64,000 nucleotides of DNA. Source: the human T2T-CHM13v2.0 reference genome, Homo sapiens. Of this stretch, positions 26,621 to 39,943 are shown piece by piece (within the stretch, counting starts at the first letter, position 1; each line of letters opens with the position of its first letter). Location: NCBI RefSeq assembly GCF_009914755.1, contig NC_060926.1, one strand, 5' to 3'. The position numbers and the translations under genes are program-made. Under the pieces are notes generated by a model that was not told where the DNA came from, ran no database searches, and was given only the letters and a program-made list of their open reading frames with translations.

Positions 26621-27702
26621 TTAAATAAGTATTAAGAAAATGATTATATAACACAAGAAACCCATAATTTTGTGGATGTTATTGCTTTAGATGAGGTTAA
26701 ATATTTAAGTTTAGCTAGCTGACTTGCAATAGTACCAAGTAACTGATCACAAGGGTGATCTGTGACATTGGAAACAATGGGTGGAAGTTGGGATGATCTT
26801 TGCACAGTGGAGAGCCCTGGACTGGCAAGCAAGAGTCTTTGCTCTATTTCTCACTTCCAGTATGGCCTTGAGATGTGCCTTAACCTCTCTAGGCCTCCTT
26901 GGGTATCATTGGTGCTTTCACGGAGCTGGCTCCTTTCCTGATTTCCAAATGTACTCAAGTTTCTCCAGTGTGGAAAATAAACCACCAATACCTGTTCTTT
27001 GAGCGTGTGAGCCCTCAGATCGAGCTCTCCTCTCCCTTCTCCCCTTTTCTGTGGGTGCCAGAGCTGAGGGTGTTGCCTTCCTTCTCTCTGCTCTCCCTGA
27101 CAACACCATTGAAAGGGCCTCTTCAATGTCACTGACGACTTCCCAAATAGCAAGCAGCACTGCCGGCCCTCAGCTTCTGGAACACCCTGACTTACACGGG
27201 CTTTGTGGACAGGACTGAGAACTTAGCCCCGATGGATCGTATGCTGTGTCCCAGGAAAATGGATTCTGTGTATCCAATGCCTCCTTGACAAAGAGACCCT
27301 CAGAAGCTATCTCCACCCATTTATATTTAAAACCCCTCCTGGGTTGTCAAACAATACATGACAAGGGTCCCTGGTCTGCTGCCCGCACTCAGCCCTGCTG
27401 CTGCCTTCTGACAATGGGAAGGATGGAGCGGTGCCAGGAAGCAGCCCCTGGGGCACTGGGATGTCATTATGGGCTGCATCAGGTGCCCATACCCACAGTG
27501 AGGGGCATCGAGCTAGGGCTGCCCAACTCTAGCAGCCCCGAGGGATGCCTAGGGAGAGTGAAGAAAAGCAGCTCAGGTTTCTGGGTTCATTACTTGGCTC
27601 TCCAGTAGACGTTCCAGCCTTGGACCAATGACCCCTTTCGTAATGCCTCAATCTCTTAATCTGCTAAGTGGCAATAATTAGTATTAAAAGTAGGAAAAAC
27701 TT

Positions 27703-28114
27703 TGTATGAGTTTGTTAGGGCTACTGTAAGGAAATCCCATTCACTGGGTGGGCTTAAACAACACAACGGTGTTGCCTGGCAGTTCTGGATGCTGGAAGTC
27801 CAAAATCAAGGTGGTGGTTCCTTCAGAGGGCTGTGAGGGAAGGATCCATTCCAGGCCCTTCTCCCTGGTTTACAGATGGCTTCCCTCACGTTCACACGGT
27901 GTTCTTTCTGTGTGTGCCTGTGTCCAAATTTCCACCTCTTATAAGGATCTACCTTCCTCCAGTAGGACCACATCTTAACTAATTTCATTGGCAACAACCC
28001 TATTTTCAAATAAGAGCATATTATGAGGTACTGGGGGTGAGGACCTCAACATATACTTTTCTCTTTTTTTTGCGGGGTGGGGGGGTGGTGGGTGGGCACA
28101 ATTTAACCTATAAC
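27703..28114 (-). mobile_element. MaLR solo LTR MLT1B/C
   Basis: tgtatgagtttgttagggct...cagttctggatgctggaagtccaaaatcaaggtg...gaggtactgggggtgaggac. Confidence 0.88.
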
Positions 28115-29816
28115 GGAGCTGAAGATGCGAACACGGAGTCGGGGCCCTGGATTCTAGACCCGGCTCTGCCATTCAGCAGCTGCATGGCACTACGTAAATC
28201 AGCCCTGTACTCCAGGCGGCAGACTTCTCTTCACCTCCTCAGTTTGAGGGTAGGACCCCTTCCAGCTCTAATAGCCAATGGCTTCACATCTAACTTAAAC
28301 CGTTCTAAATGTTAGCAGAGTATTTAAAACTTCTTACATGGGCGATACAGTATAAACACTAAGAAATAATAACCCCGCGCCTCGGGAGAAAGAACGCATA
28401 CAAATTCAAAGTGGTTTTCAAACATAATTTCATTAATCTTTACAAATCCCCTGTGAAGTAGTATTATTAAAGAGCAAACTGACAATTGTGCTATCATCTG
28501 GTCAAGTAAAAGAACAACATCTCAGACAAGATAATAGCAGACTTATCTGCCTCCAGGGAGAGTTGAATATGCAAAGGGTGAGTGAGTTGGAAACAAATAG
28601 GAAATTTCATCTCAGGTGGCTTTGAAATAGGGGTTGGAAATGAGGCTTTGGCTGCCATCCTGGGACTTTCCAAAGGAGGGGGAGAGATTCACAGGCAGAC
28701 TTTCCAGAATACATGCATCATTCATGGCCTCTAATTTTTCATGCATAAATGTTTGAGCTGATATTTAAGATCTAGGAAATCTGCTGAGAAGGAATTACAA
28801 TGTTTTTCTGAGGTGAGAAAAAAAAAACAACACTGTCCTAGATGAATTGTTCATCGCTTTTTTTGTTGTTGTGGTTTTGCTATTGCAAAGGTAGAAAAGA
28901 TATCTGTTTTCTTCCTTTCTAAATCAGGGCTAGAAAAGTAGGCAACCTTGAAATGATGGAATTGTGGCCACTTCACTGAAGCCCTCATCCTCCCAGCCTC
29001 TGGCCATTGTCCTGAGTCTGACCAGCTTTTAGGAAAAGCTGATGGTCAGGCACAGTTTATCCCAGGACACTGATTTCACACTCCATGTAGAAGGCAAGAT
29101 GAAGGAGGCAATCCTAGGGCTGAAGCTGACCCTGGACAGTGGGACAAAAGGTGACATTCAGATCTGGGATTGCACAAAGACGTCTCATCATGTGGGACCC
29201 TGGAAGGGGCCAAGAAGGCACTGTTGCCCAACTTGATCTTAAATAGCTTCTTTACTTGCTGGCCTTCTGATCTGAAATTCCACTACTGGAGACACTTTGG
29301 GTTGAAAGAGTATCTATCCTCCAGGTGACCCCCTCAAGAATTCAATTGCTTCTGGAGAGGTGAGGGCTGGACCTCTTAACCAATCGCCAGCATCATTGTG
29401 CGAATGAGTTTGTCTCAACCATCCTTTTCCAGGGTGTTGAGAGGTTATTTAGAGAGGGACTGGGAAGGGCAGGGCAGGTCTCCAAGCCTCTGGTGGGAAT
29501 AAGAAGAAGCAGAAAAACAAAAAAGGGATGAGGTGGGGTGGGTGGGAGACTTTGAAGACCATCTTTGCCCACCTCACTATGCTGCCAGATGAGCCACAGT
29601 ACAGGCTAACCTCATTTAGTGAAGCACCAATGCTGCTAGTTTACAGGTTAGCTTGGTTTAGTGAACACCCATACCGCTAAATTAATTTAACAGTTAATAC
29701 TGTGAGCCAGTTGGTAAATCTGATCGTATATCATCAGAAATTCTCTTGCAGGGTTCTTCTGAGGCTGCTTTTATTATTAAAACTTACCAATCAACCAACC
29801 AACAAATAAAAAGCAG

Positions 29817-30167
29817 TGTATTAGCCTGTTTTCACGCTGCTAATAAAGACATATCCGAGACTGGGAAGAAAAAGAGGTTTAATTGGACTTACAGTTCCAC
29901 ATGGCTCGTGAGGCCTCAGAATCATAATGGGAGGCAAAAGGCACTTCTTACATGGCAGCGGCAAGAGAAAATAAGAAAGAAGCAAAAGTGGAAAGCCCTA
30001 AATCCATCAGATCTCCTGAGACTTATTCACTATCACGAGAATAGCACGGGAAAGACCAGTCCCCATGATTCACTTACCTCCCTCTGGGTCCCTCCCACAA
30101 CATATGGGAATTCTGGGAGATACAATTCAAGGTGAGATTTGGGTGGGGACACAGCAAAACCATATTA
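29817..30167 (-). mobile_element. THE1C solo LTR
   Basis: tgtattagcctgttttcacgctgct...gagaatagcacgggaaagacc...gggtggggacacagc; perfect 5-bp TSD agcag. Confidence 0.93.
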
Positions 30168-30199
30168 AGCAGCTTTGAAAAATCATAACTTTACACAGA

Positions 30200-30620
30200 A
30201 CCCAGCTTCTCTGTATGACCTGGTGCCAGCTGCATCTCTCAATCCTCCTTCCAACACACCAATACCCAGTTCCTTGAAGTTCCACAGTTGGGCCAGCCCC
30301 CTCACCCCTCCTCTGCACATGCTCTTCCCTTTGTATGGAACAACCCTCCATCCCTTTTCTACCTGGTTAACTACCATTCTTCATTCAATACTAAACTCAA
30401 GTCTGCCCCTTCCAGGAAGCCTTCCTGACTTCCCAAAGTAGGTGAGGGTCCCCTGCACCTCACTGCTCTAATCACACTGATTAGAATTGTTCATTTGGTT
30501 TCCAGTTTCTTCCTCTAGAACGTGGCAGAACCAATGACCTCCATCTTGGCAACCCCAATGTGAGACGCGGTCCCTGGCACCTAGGAGGTTCCTAACAATG
30601 TTTATTGTGAATGAACAATT
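30200..30620 (+). mobile_element. L2 3' fragment
   Basis: ccttccaggaagccttcctgact, cctggcacctaggagg...aatgtttattgtgaatgaa. Confidence 0.7.
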
Positions 30621-30669
30621 TTTTAACCATTAAATTTGCTGATTAAAAAGCAACAGAACTCAGTTGAAG

Positions 30670-31440
30670 CACACATCTACTTTGTGGTGAAAATATAAAT
30701 TGATTCAAGGTTCTTGGAAAGCCATTGGCAAGGTGTATCATGGGCAATGTTATCAACTTTGACCCTGGCACTCCACTTCTGGGAATCTAGCCTAAGGAAA
30801 TAATGTAAACTATGAAAAAATGATCTTCATGATGGTATTTATAGCAGTGTTACTTAAAATAGAAATGCCTAGAAATAACGTAAATGTCCAATAATAGAGA
30901 AACAGTTAAATTATAATCTGATAAAATGTTTTGCAAACGTGAAAAATCACCACTAGAAGAAACTGTGTCAAATGTGGAAAAGAATTATGATAAAACATTA
31001 AATGAAAATGACATAAAACACATGGACAGGATGATAATGATTACGTGAAATAAAATGATAGCTAACACATATATGGTAGCTCACTTTAATACTTTACATG
31101 AACTCTTAATTCTTACAACAATCCTATGTGGTAGGTACTATTCACATCTCCATTTTCTAGATGATGGGGGTAGAAGCACAGAGAGAGTAAGTGACTTTCC
31201 CTAAACTGCACAGCTGGTAAGTAATAGAGTCTGAATTTAAACCCAAGACAGCCTGTGTCTAGACACTGTGTTCTTAACTGTAATGATATAAAATTCATCT
31301 AGAGTTTAGAAGAAAAACAACCAAATGCTATCGCTTTTTTAAGGTTGTGAAAAGAAAAGGAATTTCTTAGTCTATATTTCAACATTTCTATAATGGGCTT
31401 ATACTACCTTTAGAACAGAACAATATTTGAAATAAAAATT
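30670..31440 (+). mobile_element. L1ME-like 3' region, interrupted by MIR
   Basis: ctttgaccctggcactccacttctgggaatctagcctaaggaaataa; aaatgtccaataatag. Confidence 0.65.
31055..31285 (-). mobile_element. MIR
   Basis: acaacaatcctatgtggtaggtacta...ccattttctagatg...aagtgactt...tttaaacccaagacag. Confidence 0.85.
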
Positions 31441-32234
31441 TTAGAAATTTTATAATATAGAAGTCTTTCTTCAAACGTCTATTTGTAAAGCATGTTTACA
31501 ACAGTTGGTGGCTTAAATATTCCAGAATTGTCTTGAATGAAAATGTTTAAATACTAAGTTACCTGATGCATACACAGACACATGAAGCTGAAACTGTATT
31601 TCTGCTCATGTATTTATTTCCTTTGTAATGTGTAACATATGGGATTTGATATTTATACCCTAGCAAGACTCTTCGTAGAAAGGTATCAATTCACTAGTTG
31701 AGGAAAAAAATCATTGTCAGACTATGTGTTTATAAACCACGGTCACTGCAGGGCAGGAGGGTCGAGGTAGGAGAGTGTGTGACAGGAAAATAAGATGCCT
31801 TTCCTTTGCTCAAACACCAGTCCTGCTCTCGCTGGTGGTAGAAACCCCAAACCAAGTCCTGGGAGACCTTTTGGGTGGAGATGTGTGAGGGAGGCCAGTG
31901 TTGCACCTATTTCTGGGGCACAAGGAAAGGGACCCTTAAGTTTTTACCAAGTTAATCTGATTTAGGTCTTTTATAAAAGCAAAACTGACCGTCCAGGATT
32001 CCCTGAGCTCTCACACAGAGTATTTCTGTTACAAAGGGAGGTTTCATGTCTGTATATGAGTGAGAAACCCTCTATGGGAAATGAGAGGACACAGCTCGGG
32101 AAGGCTCCTCCTACACCTCCGTGTTCAGGTTTGCAGAGGAGCGGGTGGAGCTTGGTTTGGAGGAGCTGTTCCAATGGAGCAAGGTAAGGAAGAACTGCAG
32201 GGAAGCCACCACTGTTGCCTAAAACTTAAGACTC

Positions 32235-32440
32235 ACCGAGGCCTGCTGGAGCAGGGGATGGGGGGAGGGAGAGCATCAGGAAGAATAGCTAATGGATGCT
32301 GGGCTTAATACTGGGTGATGGGATGATCCGTGCAGCAAACCACCATGGCACACATTTACCTATGTAATAAACCTGCACGTACTGCGCATGCTCCCCTGAA
32401 CTTAAAATAAAAGTTAAAGTGAAAACAAAAACAAACACAT
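32235..32440 (+). mobile_element. L1PA (older primate) 3' end fragment
   Basis: gggagagcatcaggaagaatagctaatggatgctgggcttaatac...ctgaacttaaaataaaagtt; degenerate TSD ending gactc. Confidence 0.9.
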
Positions 32441-33215
32441 AAAAGTAGGACTCATTCCTTCTGCAATTCCCAAATCCCACGCCAAGGCACTACAAATAAG
32501 AGTGTTCCTCTAACTAATACTTACAGGAGGGTGTTCACTGTGGGCAGAGCCTGGTGCTGGGTGAGAATGGGGTTTGCCTCAGCTCTGGAAACCTACACAC
32601 TAGGTGGGGAGATAAGACTGACAGCTAGGGAAAAGGTAATTGATAATCTCAAACTATGCATGTGGTTCACATTTGCCCACATGAGTGGTATGGACGTGAG
32701 TGTGTCAGGTTAGTGTGGGGAGGCAGTCAGAGGGGCACTGTGTCCACATTGGTGGCCGTGGAATGTGTGTGGGATTCAAGGAAGAGCATCTGTAGCTATC
32801 CATTATGTTCTAGGTGCTGTGCTAAGCAATTTCACTATGTTGTTATTTCATCCTCACCAACAATCCTATATTTATTTTATTGATCTTACAAATGAGAAAA
32901 TTAATAAGTAAAGATTACATAGCTAAGGAAGAGACTGCAGTTCAACTTCCAAATTAATTCTGTTTGACTTCAAGACCCATAAGTAGAAGAAAGGAGGAGT
33001 GCACACATGCATAGTATTTATGTATATGTGCGCATTTTCCCAAAAGCTTTCCGATAGATTTAAATCAAATGTTACCATTTGCAAAGTTCTTCTTCCCCAG
33101 AAGTTTAACTGGATTCTTTCAATAGCCCTGCAAAGTAACAATTACAACTACCTAAATTTCACAAATCAGAAAACTGATAACTAGAATATGACAGAGAACC
33201 AAGCAGTAAGTAGTG

Positions 33216-33343
33216 TAGACATGTGTCCCTTAATGAAGGGGTTGCGTCGGGAGAAATCTGTTGTTAGGCATTTTCATCACTGTGTCAGCATCATACAATG
33301 TTCTTATACAAGCCTAGGCGATATGGCCTTCTATACGCCAGGT
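33216..33343. mobile_element. Tigger3 (TcMar-Tigger) terminal fragment
   Basis: catgtgtcccttaatgaagggg...gagaaatctgttgttaggc...atcatac...acaagcctag. Confidence 0.65.
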
Positions 33344-33749
33344 GTTTGGCTGCAAATACGTGAATCCACTTTTTCCAGCTGTTAATCCCATGCTTGCTGC
33401 CCTCACTTACTTATCCAGCTAACCTCTGCCTGCTGCTGGAGGGCCAGGCTCTGGAGATACTGAGAGGAAGTTGACATCGCTTGCCTGATGGAGCAGAGGC
33501 ACCTGAGCTTTGCATGTCATCACCAAGAGGGTGGTGGGTGCCAAGGCAGACATCCACTGAGGCCTTTATGCTTCACCTGGGGAGCCAAGATTGGAAAGGG
33601 CTTTGAAGATTCCTAAAGCTGAATCTTAAAACATAGGTTTACCAAGAGAGCAAGATAGATGATGGTATTTTCAGCTCAGGAAACAACCCATGCAAAGGCA
33701 AAGAACTGAGAAGCCACACAGGGCTCTAAGAACTACTGATGGTGTGTGT

Positions 33750-34494
33750 GTGCTATGGACTGAAGGGCTGTGTCCCTCAAATTCAAAGACTGAAGCCCTA
33801 TACCCTATGTGATGGTATTTGGAGGTGGGACCCTTGGGAGGTAATTAGATTGAGATGTGGTCATGAGGGTAGGGACTTTGATATGACTTGGCTGTGTCCC
33901 CACCCAAATGTCATCTTGCATTGTAATAATCCCCACATGTCAAGGGTGGGGCCAGGTGGAGATAATTGAATCATAAGGGTGGTTTCCCCCATATTGTTCT
34001 CGTGGTAGTGAATAAGTCTCAAGAGATCTGATGGTTTTATAAACAGGAGCTCCCCTGCACAAGCTCTCTTGCCTGCTGCCATGTAAGACATCCCTTTGCT
34101 CCCCTTTGCTCTTCCATCATCTTCTGCCATGATTGTGAGGCTTCCCCAGCCATGTGGAACTGTGAGTCCATTAAACCTCTTTCCTTTATAAATTACCCAG
34201 TCTTGGGTATGTTTTTATTAGCAGCATGAGAATAGACTAAAACAGTCTCCATGATGGGATTTGCGTCCTGTAATAAGAGGAAGTGATCAGAACTGGCACT
34301 CTCCCCTCCCCATGTGAGGACACAGTGACAAGGTGGCCATATGCAAGCCAGGAAGAGAGCCCTCACCAGGAACCAAATCTGCCAGCACCTTGATCTTGGA
34401 GTTCCCAGCTTCTAGAACTGTGAGAAATAAATGTCTGTTGTTAGGCTACCAACCTATGGTATTTTGTCATAGCAGCCTGAGCAGACTGAGACAG
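33750..34494 (+). mobile_element. MLT1A0 solo LTR split by THE1B
   Basis: tgctatggactgaa...gtcatgagggtagg | catgatgggatt...gcaagccaggaagagagccctcaccaggaacc...gactgagaca. Confidence 0.88.
33879..34244 (+). mobile_element. THE1B solo LTR
   Basis: TGatatgacttggctgtgtccccacccaaat...cccctgcacaagctctcttgcctg...gactaaaaCA; degenerate TSD gactt/gtctc. Confidence 0.92.
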
Positions 34495-37314
34495 TATGCT
34501 TTCTCCACTCTAGCTAGATGCAGGCCTCTACCTCTGCAGAGATAATGCCTGGGGCTCCAGAGGCCTGCAGTGAAAAGAGAGCCCCTCTTGTTCCTTCCCC
34601 AGCTGCCAAACATCCCTAAAGCCGGGGCTCCTCCAAACCACCTGAAATCTGCCCACTAGTTATTAGACTTGCTTCTAGGAGCCTGGTTGCAGTTTCCAAA
34701 AGAGAAAGATGCCAGTGTTAGGTAATCATGCCCATCATCCCCTAATGCCAGGCACTGCCCTGGCTCTGAAGCCAGGGCTGACGGATGCAAAGAGGCTCTG
34801 CTGGGCAAGACACTCTCCGGAAGGCAGACAGCCGCATTTTCTAGACCACCACGGTTCTGTTTTGTAAAAGATTTCTCTCTTGTCCAATTAAAACAGAAAA
34901 TTCTCTTCTGTTCTCCAGCCCCAGCTGCCCTCTACACAGTACCCAGAGAGGACAACACAATCATTCCATGCATTCAAAAAGCAGGGCTTTTTGCAAGGAA
35001 GAGTATTTGCCTGCTCACCACTCCCTCTCCCCAACATAAGGCTCACTGTTGATGCCGCAAATTTCTGCATTAGATGGCTGGTAGCCCATTTCCACTCCCT
35101 AATTTCGCATATGAAGATGATTACTGTGTTTATGTTGTGTGAACAGCAGTGGGCCAGGGAATTGAGAAGCCTTTGATCCATCCAACTTAAGTCTTATTTC
35201 TCACACACGTGTCTCTGGCTGCCTGGCTGCCTAACTGCTGAGACCCCGGCAGGAGACAGGAATGAGGAGGCGTGAGTCATGTCTTGTTTGTTACAACAGG
35301 AAGATGTCCCAGGACCTTCTTGAAGGGGAGATGGGGGTGGGAGGATGAATACTTCAAGTTCTATGAATCAAATATGAATTGAACTGTAATCTGGGCTTTA
35401 AGTAGATGCCTGCATAATAAGTGTTAAACAATTCATCTTTCTGTCAGGCTGCAGAAAGTAATTTATTCATTACCATTTAAGCAAGAAGAGATCTTCTGTG
35501 TTTAAAGAGAGAAAAGTTTAGCGTGCTCCATTCTCAATGGCACTGCAAAGGGCCCAAACTGAAAAAAAATGCTGAAAGGGGAAAGGAATGAAGGAAGCTT
35601 CGGAGCATCAAACCTTGATTTGGCTTGGGAAATAACATTAATTCTCTTTCAGCATCCAGTTGAGAAATCAAACAGGCTTAATTTAAGGAGTCTTCAGATG
35701 AAGAATTGGTAAATTCAGTAAAGACTGATCTTACTTTATGCATCACAAGCCATCCCCAGCTATGTGTAAAGTTAAAAAGTATGCATTAAGCTATAATCTT
35801 TTCCCTTTGACTTTCATTATGATTTCAGATATGTTTGCTTAAAACCCTGAAATACAATAAAAGCACCATTTAGGCCTTTTATGATTCACTGCAAGCATTT
35901 TACATTTGTCAACATGCAATCTATGAGCCTTACATCCTCCCACAAAACCACAAGTAAAATTTACAAATTTTCTATATAATCTTAACACATTCAGGATGAA
36001 TCACATGTGCTCTCTATTAAAACACGCTATATAGCTAATTTTCACTCTACTGCATTTTTTTCTTAACTCCATGGGACTTAAGTGTATAAGCAGCCATAGT
36101 AACCAGGAGAATGCTTCAGGGTTGCAGCCAAACTTACGAGCTGGAGGGACCATATGGAGGAGTTTTCTTGGACAGAATTCAGTTGTACCACTTCACAAGT
36201 ATTATACTCTACTCATTTGTTATTGCATAGCAAACACTCTGTTGTGTTATAAAGAGATGGTGTACAGTTCTATTTTAAAACTTAGCAGAATTCTCTTTAA
36301 AATGCTTGAGTCAGAAAATATGTCTGGCTACCTTAACAATTAAAACCAAATCTCTGGCAGAGATGAGATTGCAAAAACTGTTTGCTAAACTAGTTCATGT
36401 GTGATCTCAAGCAATTCAATGCAAATGACTTTTAAACTAAGCAGTAAATGAGAAACTATTCAAAGATAGACAACTCTGTAAGAAAAAAAGGAGAGAGCAT
36501 AATAAAATATTCACATACAGATTTAGCATGTTCAAGACTCAGTGCTCTCGCCACAGAAAATGGAGCACACTCAAAACTGAGAATGACCCCATATATAGGA
36601 GCCAGTCATTCTTTCTAAAGTAGAGAAGATGCAGGGAACCAAATTAAAAATGAAACCTAAGACTGCCATGGGAGTGTTGGCAGGCAAAGCTATCTGCTTT
36701 CTATGATAAGTTGCAAGTGCTTATTTGAAGAGGAAACATGGCGCTCTGCCTAGTTCTGCATACACAAAGGCAATGGGGTCATATCTAGACCTGAACACCG
36801 TTGGAGACTCGCTTTCCTCACACATGTAAGCACATCTGAGTTTTAAGAATCCCACACTCAAACCCAACTGACAGGACCACTGCCTATTAACCAGGATGAA
36901 AACAATTTGTCATAATAAATATTTAAACCTTTATTGTATTTTTACAAACTAACTCTGTATATAAATGCTAGAAAACTTGAGACCCTCAGGAAAGAATGGC
37001 ATAAATGGAAAACTGTTTTCTAACTACAGGTTTCTTCAAGCAGAGGAATATGACAGTGAACAGACATACAATGGCCCACAACAGGAGTTTTACTTGTTTG
37101 AATCTTTCTTGAGATGGAATATAGAACTTTCCTACATACTGGTCAGAGTTTTCCTCTAGGATTTTTGAAGCTAAAGTTTAGAGGAAAATCTTGAATAATC
37201 TTAAATTGCTCTCATAATTCTTTCTGTTACACCTAGCACAGATTCTAAGAAATCATAATCCAAGGCATTTTCTGTCCACTTATTAAGCACTGTCTTTCAA
37301 CCACAACAATGTTA

Positions 37315-37545
37315 ATACTATCTAACATTACTGAGTAATGTTACTCAGTAATGAGTTGCCAGGCACACTGCAATAAGCCCTTTATATACATGATCTTGGC
37401 TAATCCTGACAGCAACCCTCTGAGGTACAGACAGTTATTAGTCTCATTTTACAGGTCAAAGCAGTAAGTCACACTGAGGCAGGTGATAGATCTTTGAGGA
37501 TTTGAATGCAGGTTGGCCTGACTTCACATTCACAGTTTTAACCAT
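37315..37545 (-). mobile_element. MIR
   Basis: tgccaggcac...taatcctgacagcaaccctctgaggta...ctcattttacag. Confidence 0.75.
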
Positions 37546-39169
37546 GAAGCCAATTGGAAGTAATACATTCCTAGATCTATAAAATGATGAACATATTCTT
37601 GAGGCAGTAGTCTACCTGACAAACAGATTCCATTTTCCTCCCCACCCCTGCCCATAAAAGCAGTTTAATAATAAATAGGAAGACATTATGCTTTGAAGGT
37701 ATTTCATGTCAGTTGCCTTTCTTCGACACACAATGCAATTAGAGTCTGGGCGGAAATTTGATTGACTGGCCACATGTGCCTTAAAGCATTGGAATAAGCA
37801 CGGAGGAGGTGAGGTAGAAGGACACTTGATTGGAGAACAACAGTCGTGGATGCATAGGAAGGTGCCCAAAGTAGATCGTGGATATTTCTCCTAGCTTCTG
37901 CCAAGCCCATCGTGGAGAAAATAAAAGTTCCTCCTCCTTGCAAAGAAAGAGGAGAGTAAAGAAATAGCTAAAAGGTGACTTTAGTGATTCTCTGGTATTA
38001 ACAGAGACATCATAGATAAGAAATTTTATTTATTATTTTTTTTCTTGCAGGTGATATTAAGCCTAATTACAGGGTCTCTAATTCTAAGCACCAGGGAGTT
38101 TTATGGTAGCCTAGGGACTTTTGACATCCAAACTACCATAAATGAGAAGAAAATGTTAAGCTTTTATGGAAAGCAGAGAAGGAAAAGAGAAATGAAATTA
38201 AGGTTGGCAATTATTAAGTACCTGAGTGTATTAGGTATTTATAATTTTAATATAATTTTTAAAATATTGTTCTTAAGGGTATCACTAAAATGTTATATAA
38301 ACCACCAGGTATCAGGAATCTTTCTAGATTAATGCTTTGCTTTCTTAATGAAGAGTTATATTTTCACAGGAAATATATACTAGATTAACCCAGGCTATAT
38401 TTTGAAATTTTGTTGTCTACGTCTTTGAGGAACTTTGGTATTTACACTGCAAGACTTTTAGCCTAGTTACTTACTGACATCTTTTTTATTCTTGTGGACA
38501 AGGCTTATAAACTCCAGCATCACATAAGCCATTGTTCATGAAGATCCATTACTCATCCCTCTCTATATAGATGTATTTAGCTGCGATTTGTATAGCACAT
38601 GGTGCTTAGGGTTCTTCAAGAAAGGTAGCAATTTAAAAACATATATGTGCAACGTATTCAAATAAAAAAGCAAATTCACAGATCTGTAGATAAAATGACC
38701 ACGGTGAGACTGTACTAACTGAATCTACACAAACTAAATAAAAATGTAAGTGAATAACACATGTTCATAGTTATATATGCAGCTTTAAGATTTGGGAAAA
38801 ACTTGGGCATTCATTATGTCATAGATATCGCTCATTTTCATTTGAGAAAATTCCCCATTAATATGCATTATTGAACAAGCGATGATTTGGGCCCCTAGGC
38901 TATATCTCATGATGAGGGTGATGCAGATGAAGTAAAACTTTGACAAATGAAAGGAAATCCAGATTTTATCATCACATCAGATTAGAGCTGTAAGCTGTTT
39001 CTAAACTCAAAACAGTTCAGATCAATCAGGGGAATCTTGCTGACATGGAGGAGCCTCTGCTTCTGGCTCTACTAATATTTGTGGAACAGTGAGCATGGAA
39101 ATGGGCTTTAATTCTAGATCCCATCCTGGGACGGGTTGTGCATTCCTGCAGCAGCTGGCAGGGCTGCTG

Positions 39170-39370
39170 ACACAGGACTGGAACAGGAGTTGGAAATCCC
39201 AGCTCTGCTACCTACTAGCTGTAGGATCTTAGTGAATTAGTTAACCTCTTTGATTTCATTGCTTGAAATCTCTAAAACTGAAAAAACAGTACCTGCCCTG
39301 TGCAATTCAAAAGGCTGTTCATACATCAAATGAAAATGAATGTGAAGGTTTTCTGAAAGCTGTAAATCAG
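39170..39370 (+). mobile_element. MIR fragment
   Basis: aatcccagctctgctacctactagctgtaggatcttag...ttaacctct. Confidence 0.7.
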
Positions 39371-39943
39371 ATTTGCACTGAACTTCACAGTTAACCTGGC
39401 TTGAGAATAAAGATTAGGTATCACAACGTGGCCCTCAAGGCCCCACACCATTTAATCCCATTCCATGTGTCCTACCTCAGTCTCCTTGCTATCTAGCCAC
39501 ATATCCTCTGCTCTAGTGACCTGAATCAGGTTACCATTTTCTACCATATGACAGCTATGTATTGTGTGTTACTGTATTTCACGTGCACATCTCACACATG
39601 TATCATTCGATCATTGTAACTCTTGGAGGCAGAATAGGGATTGCTTCTAAGCAGCACTGAAGGGTAGAAATAAGAAAATTGCACAAATCCCATGCACATA
39701 GTAACTGGTGGAGACAGGATGTGGGTCCGGATTCATCTCTTAGGGTTGGGTCATGTAGAAAGTTTCTTCTTCTCTCTCCCCCAGGATAGGTGGTAACTCC
39801 CAGAGGGCATGCCTACGTGCGGTCTGGTGCAGAGCTTTGCACAAAGTATGAGTCAATAAAAATGAGTGATACAGAAATAAACTGTGAGATGTGAGTAACA
39901 GCCAGGTTTTCCTTGTAGAGTACAGGGTTAGTGGGAATGCAAG

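Noticed and set aside
38024-38051. Strong plus-strand splice acceptor (also one at 2780) and consensus AG|GTAAGT donors at 14086, 18879 and 52430
   Set aside because: They cannot be paired into exons with an open frame; isolated sites are expected by chance in 64 kb.
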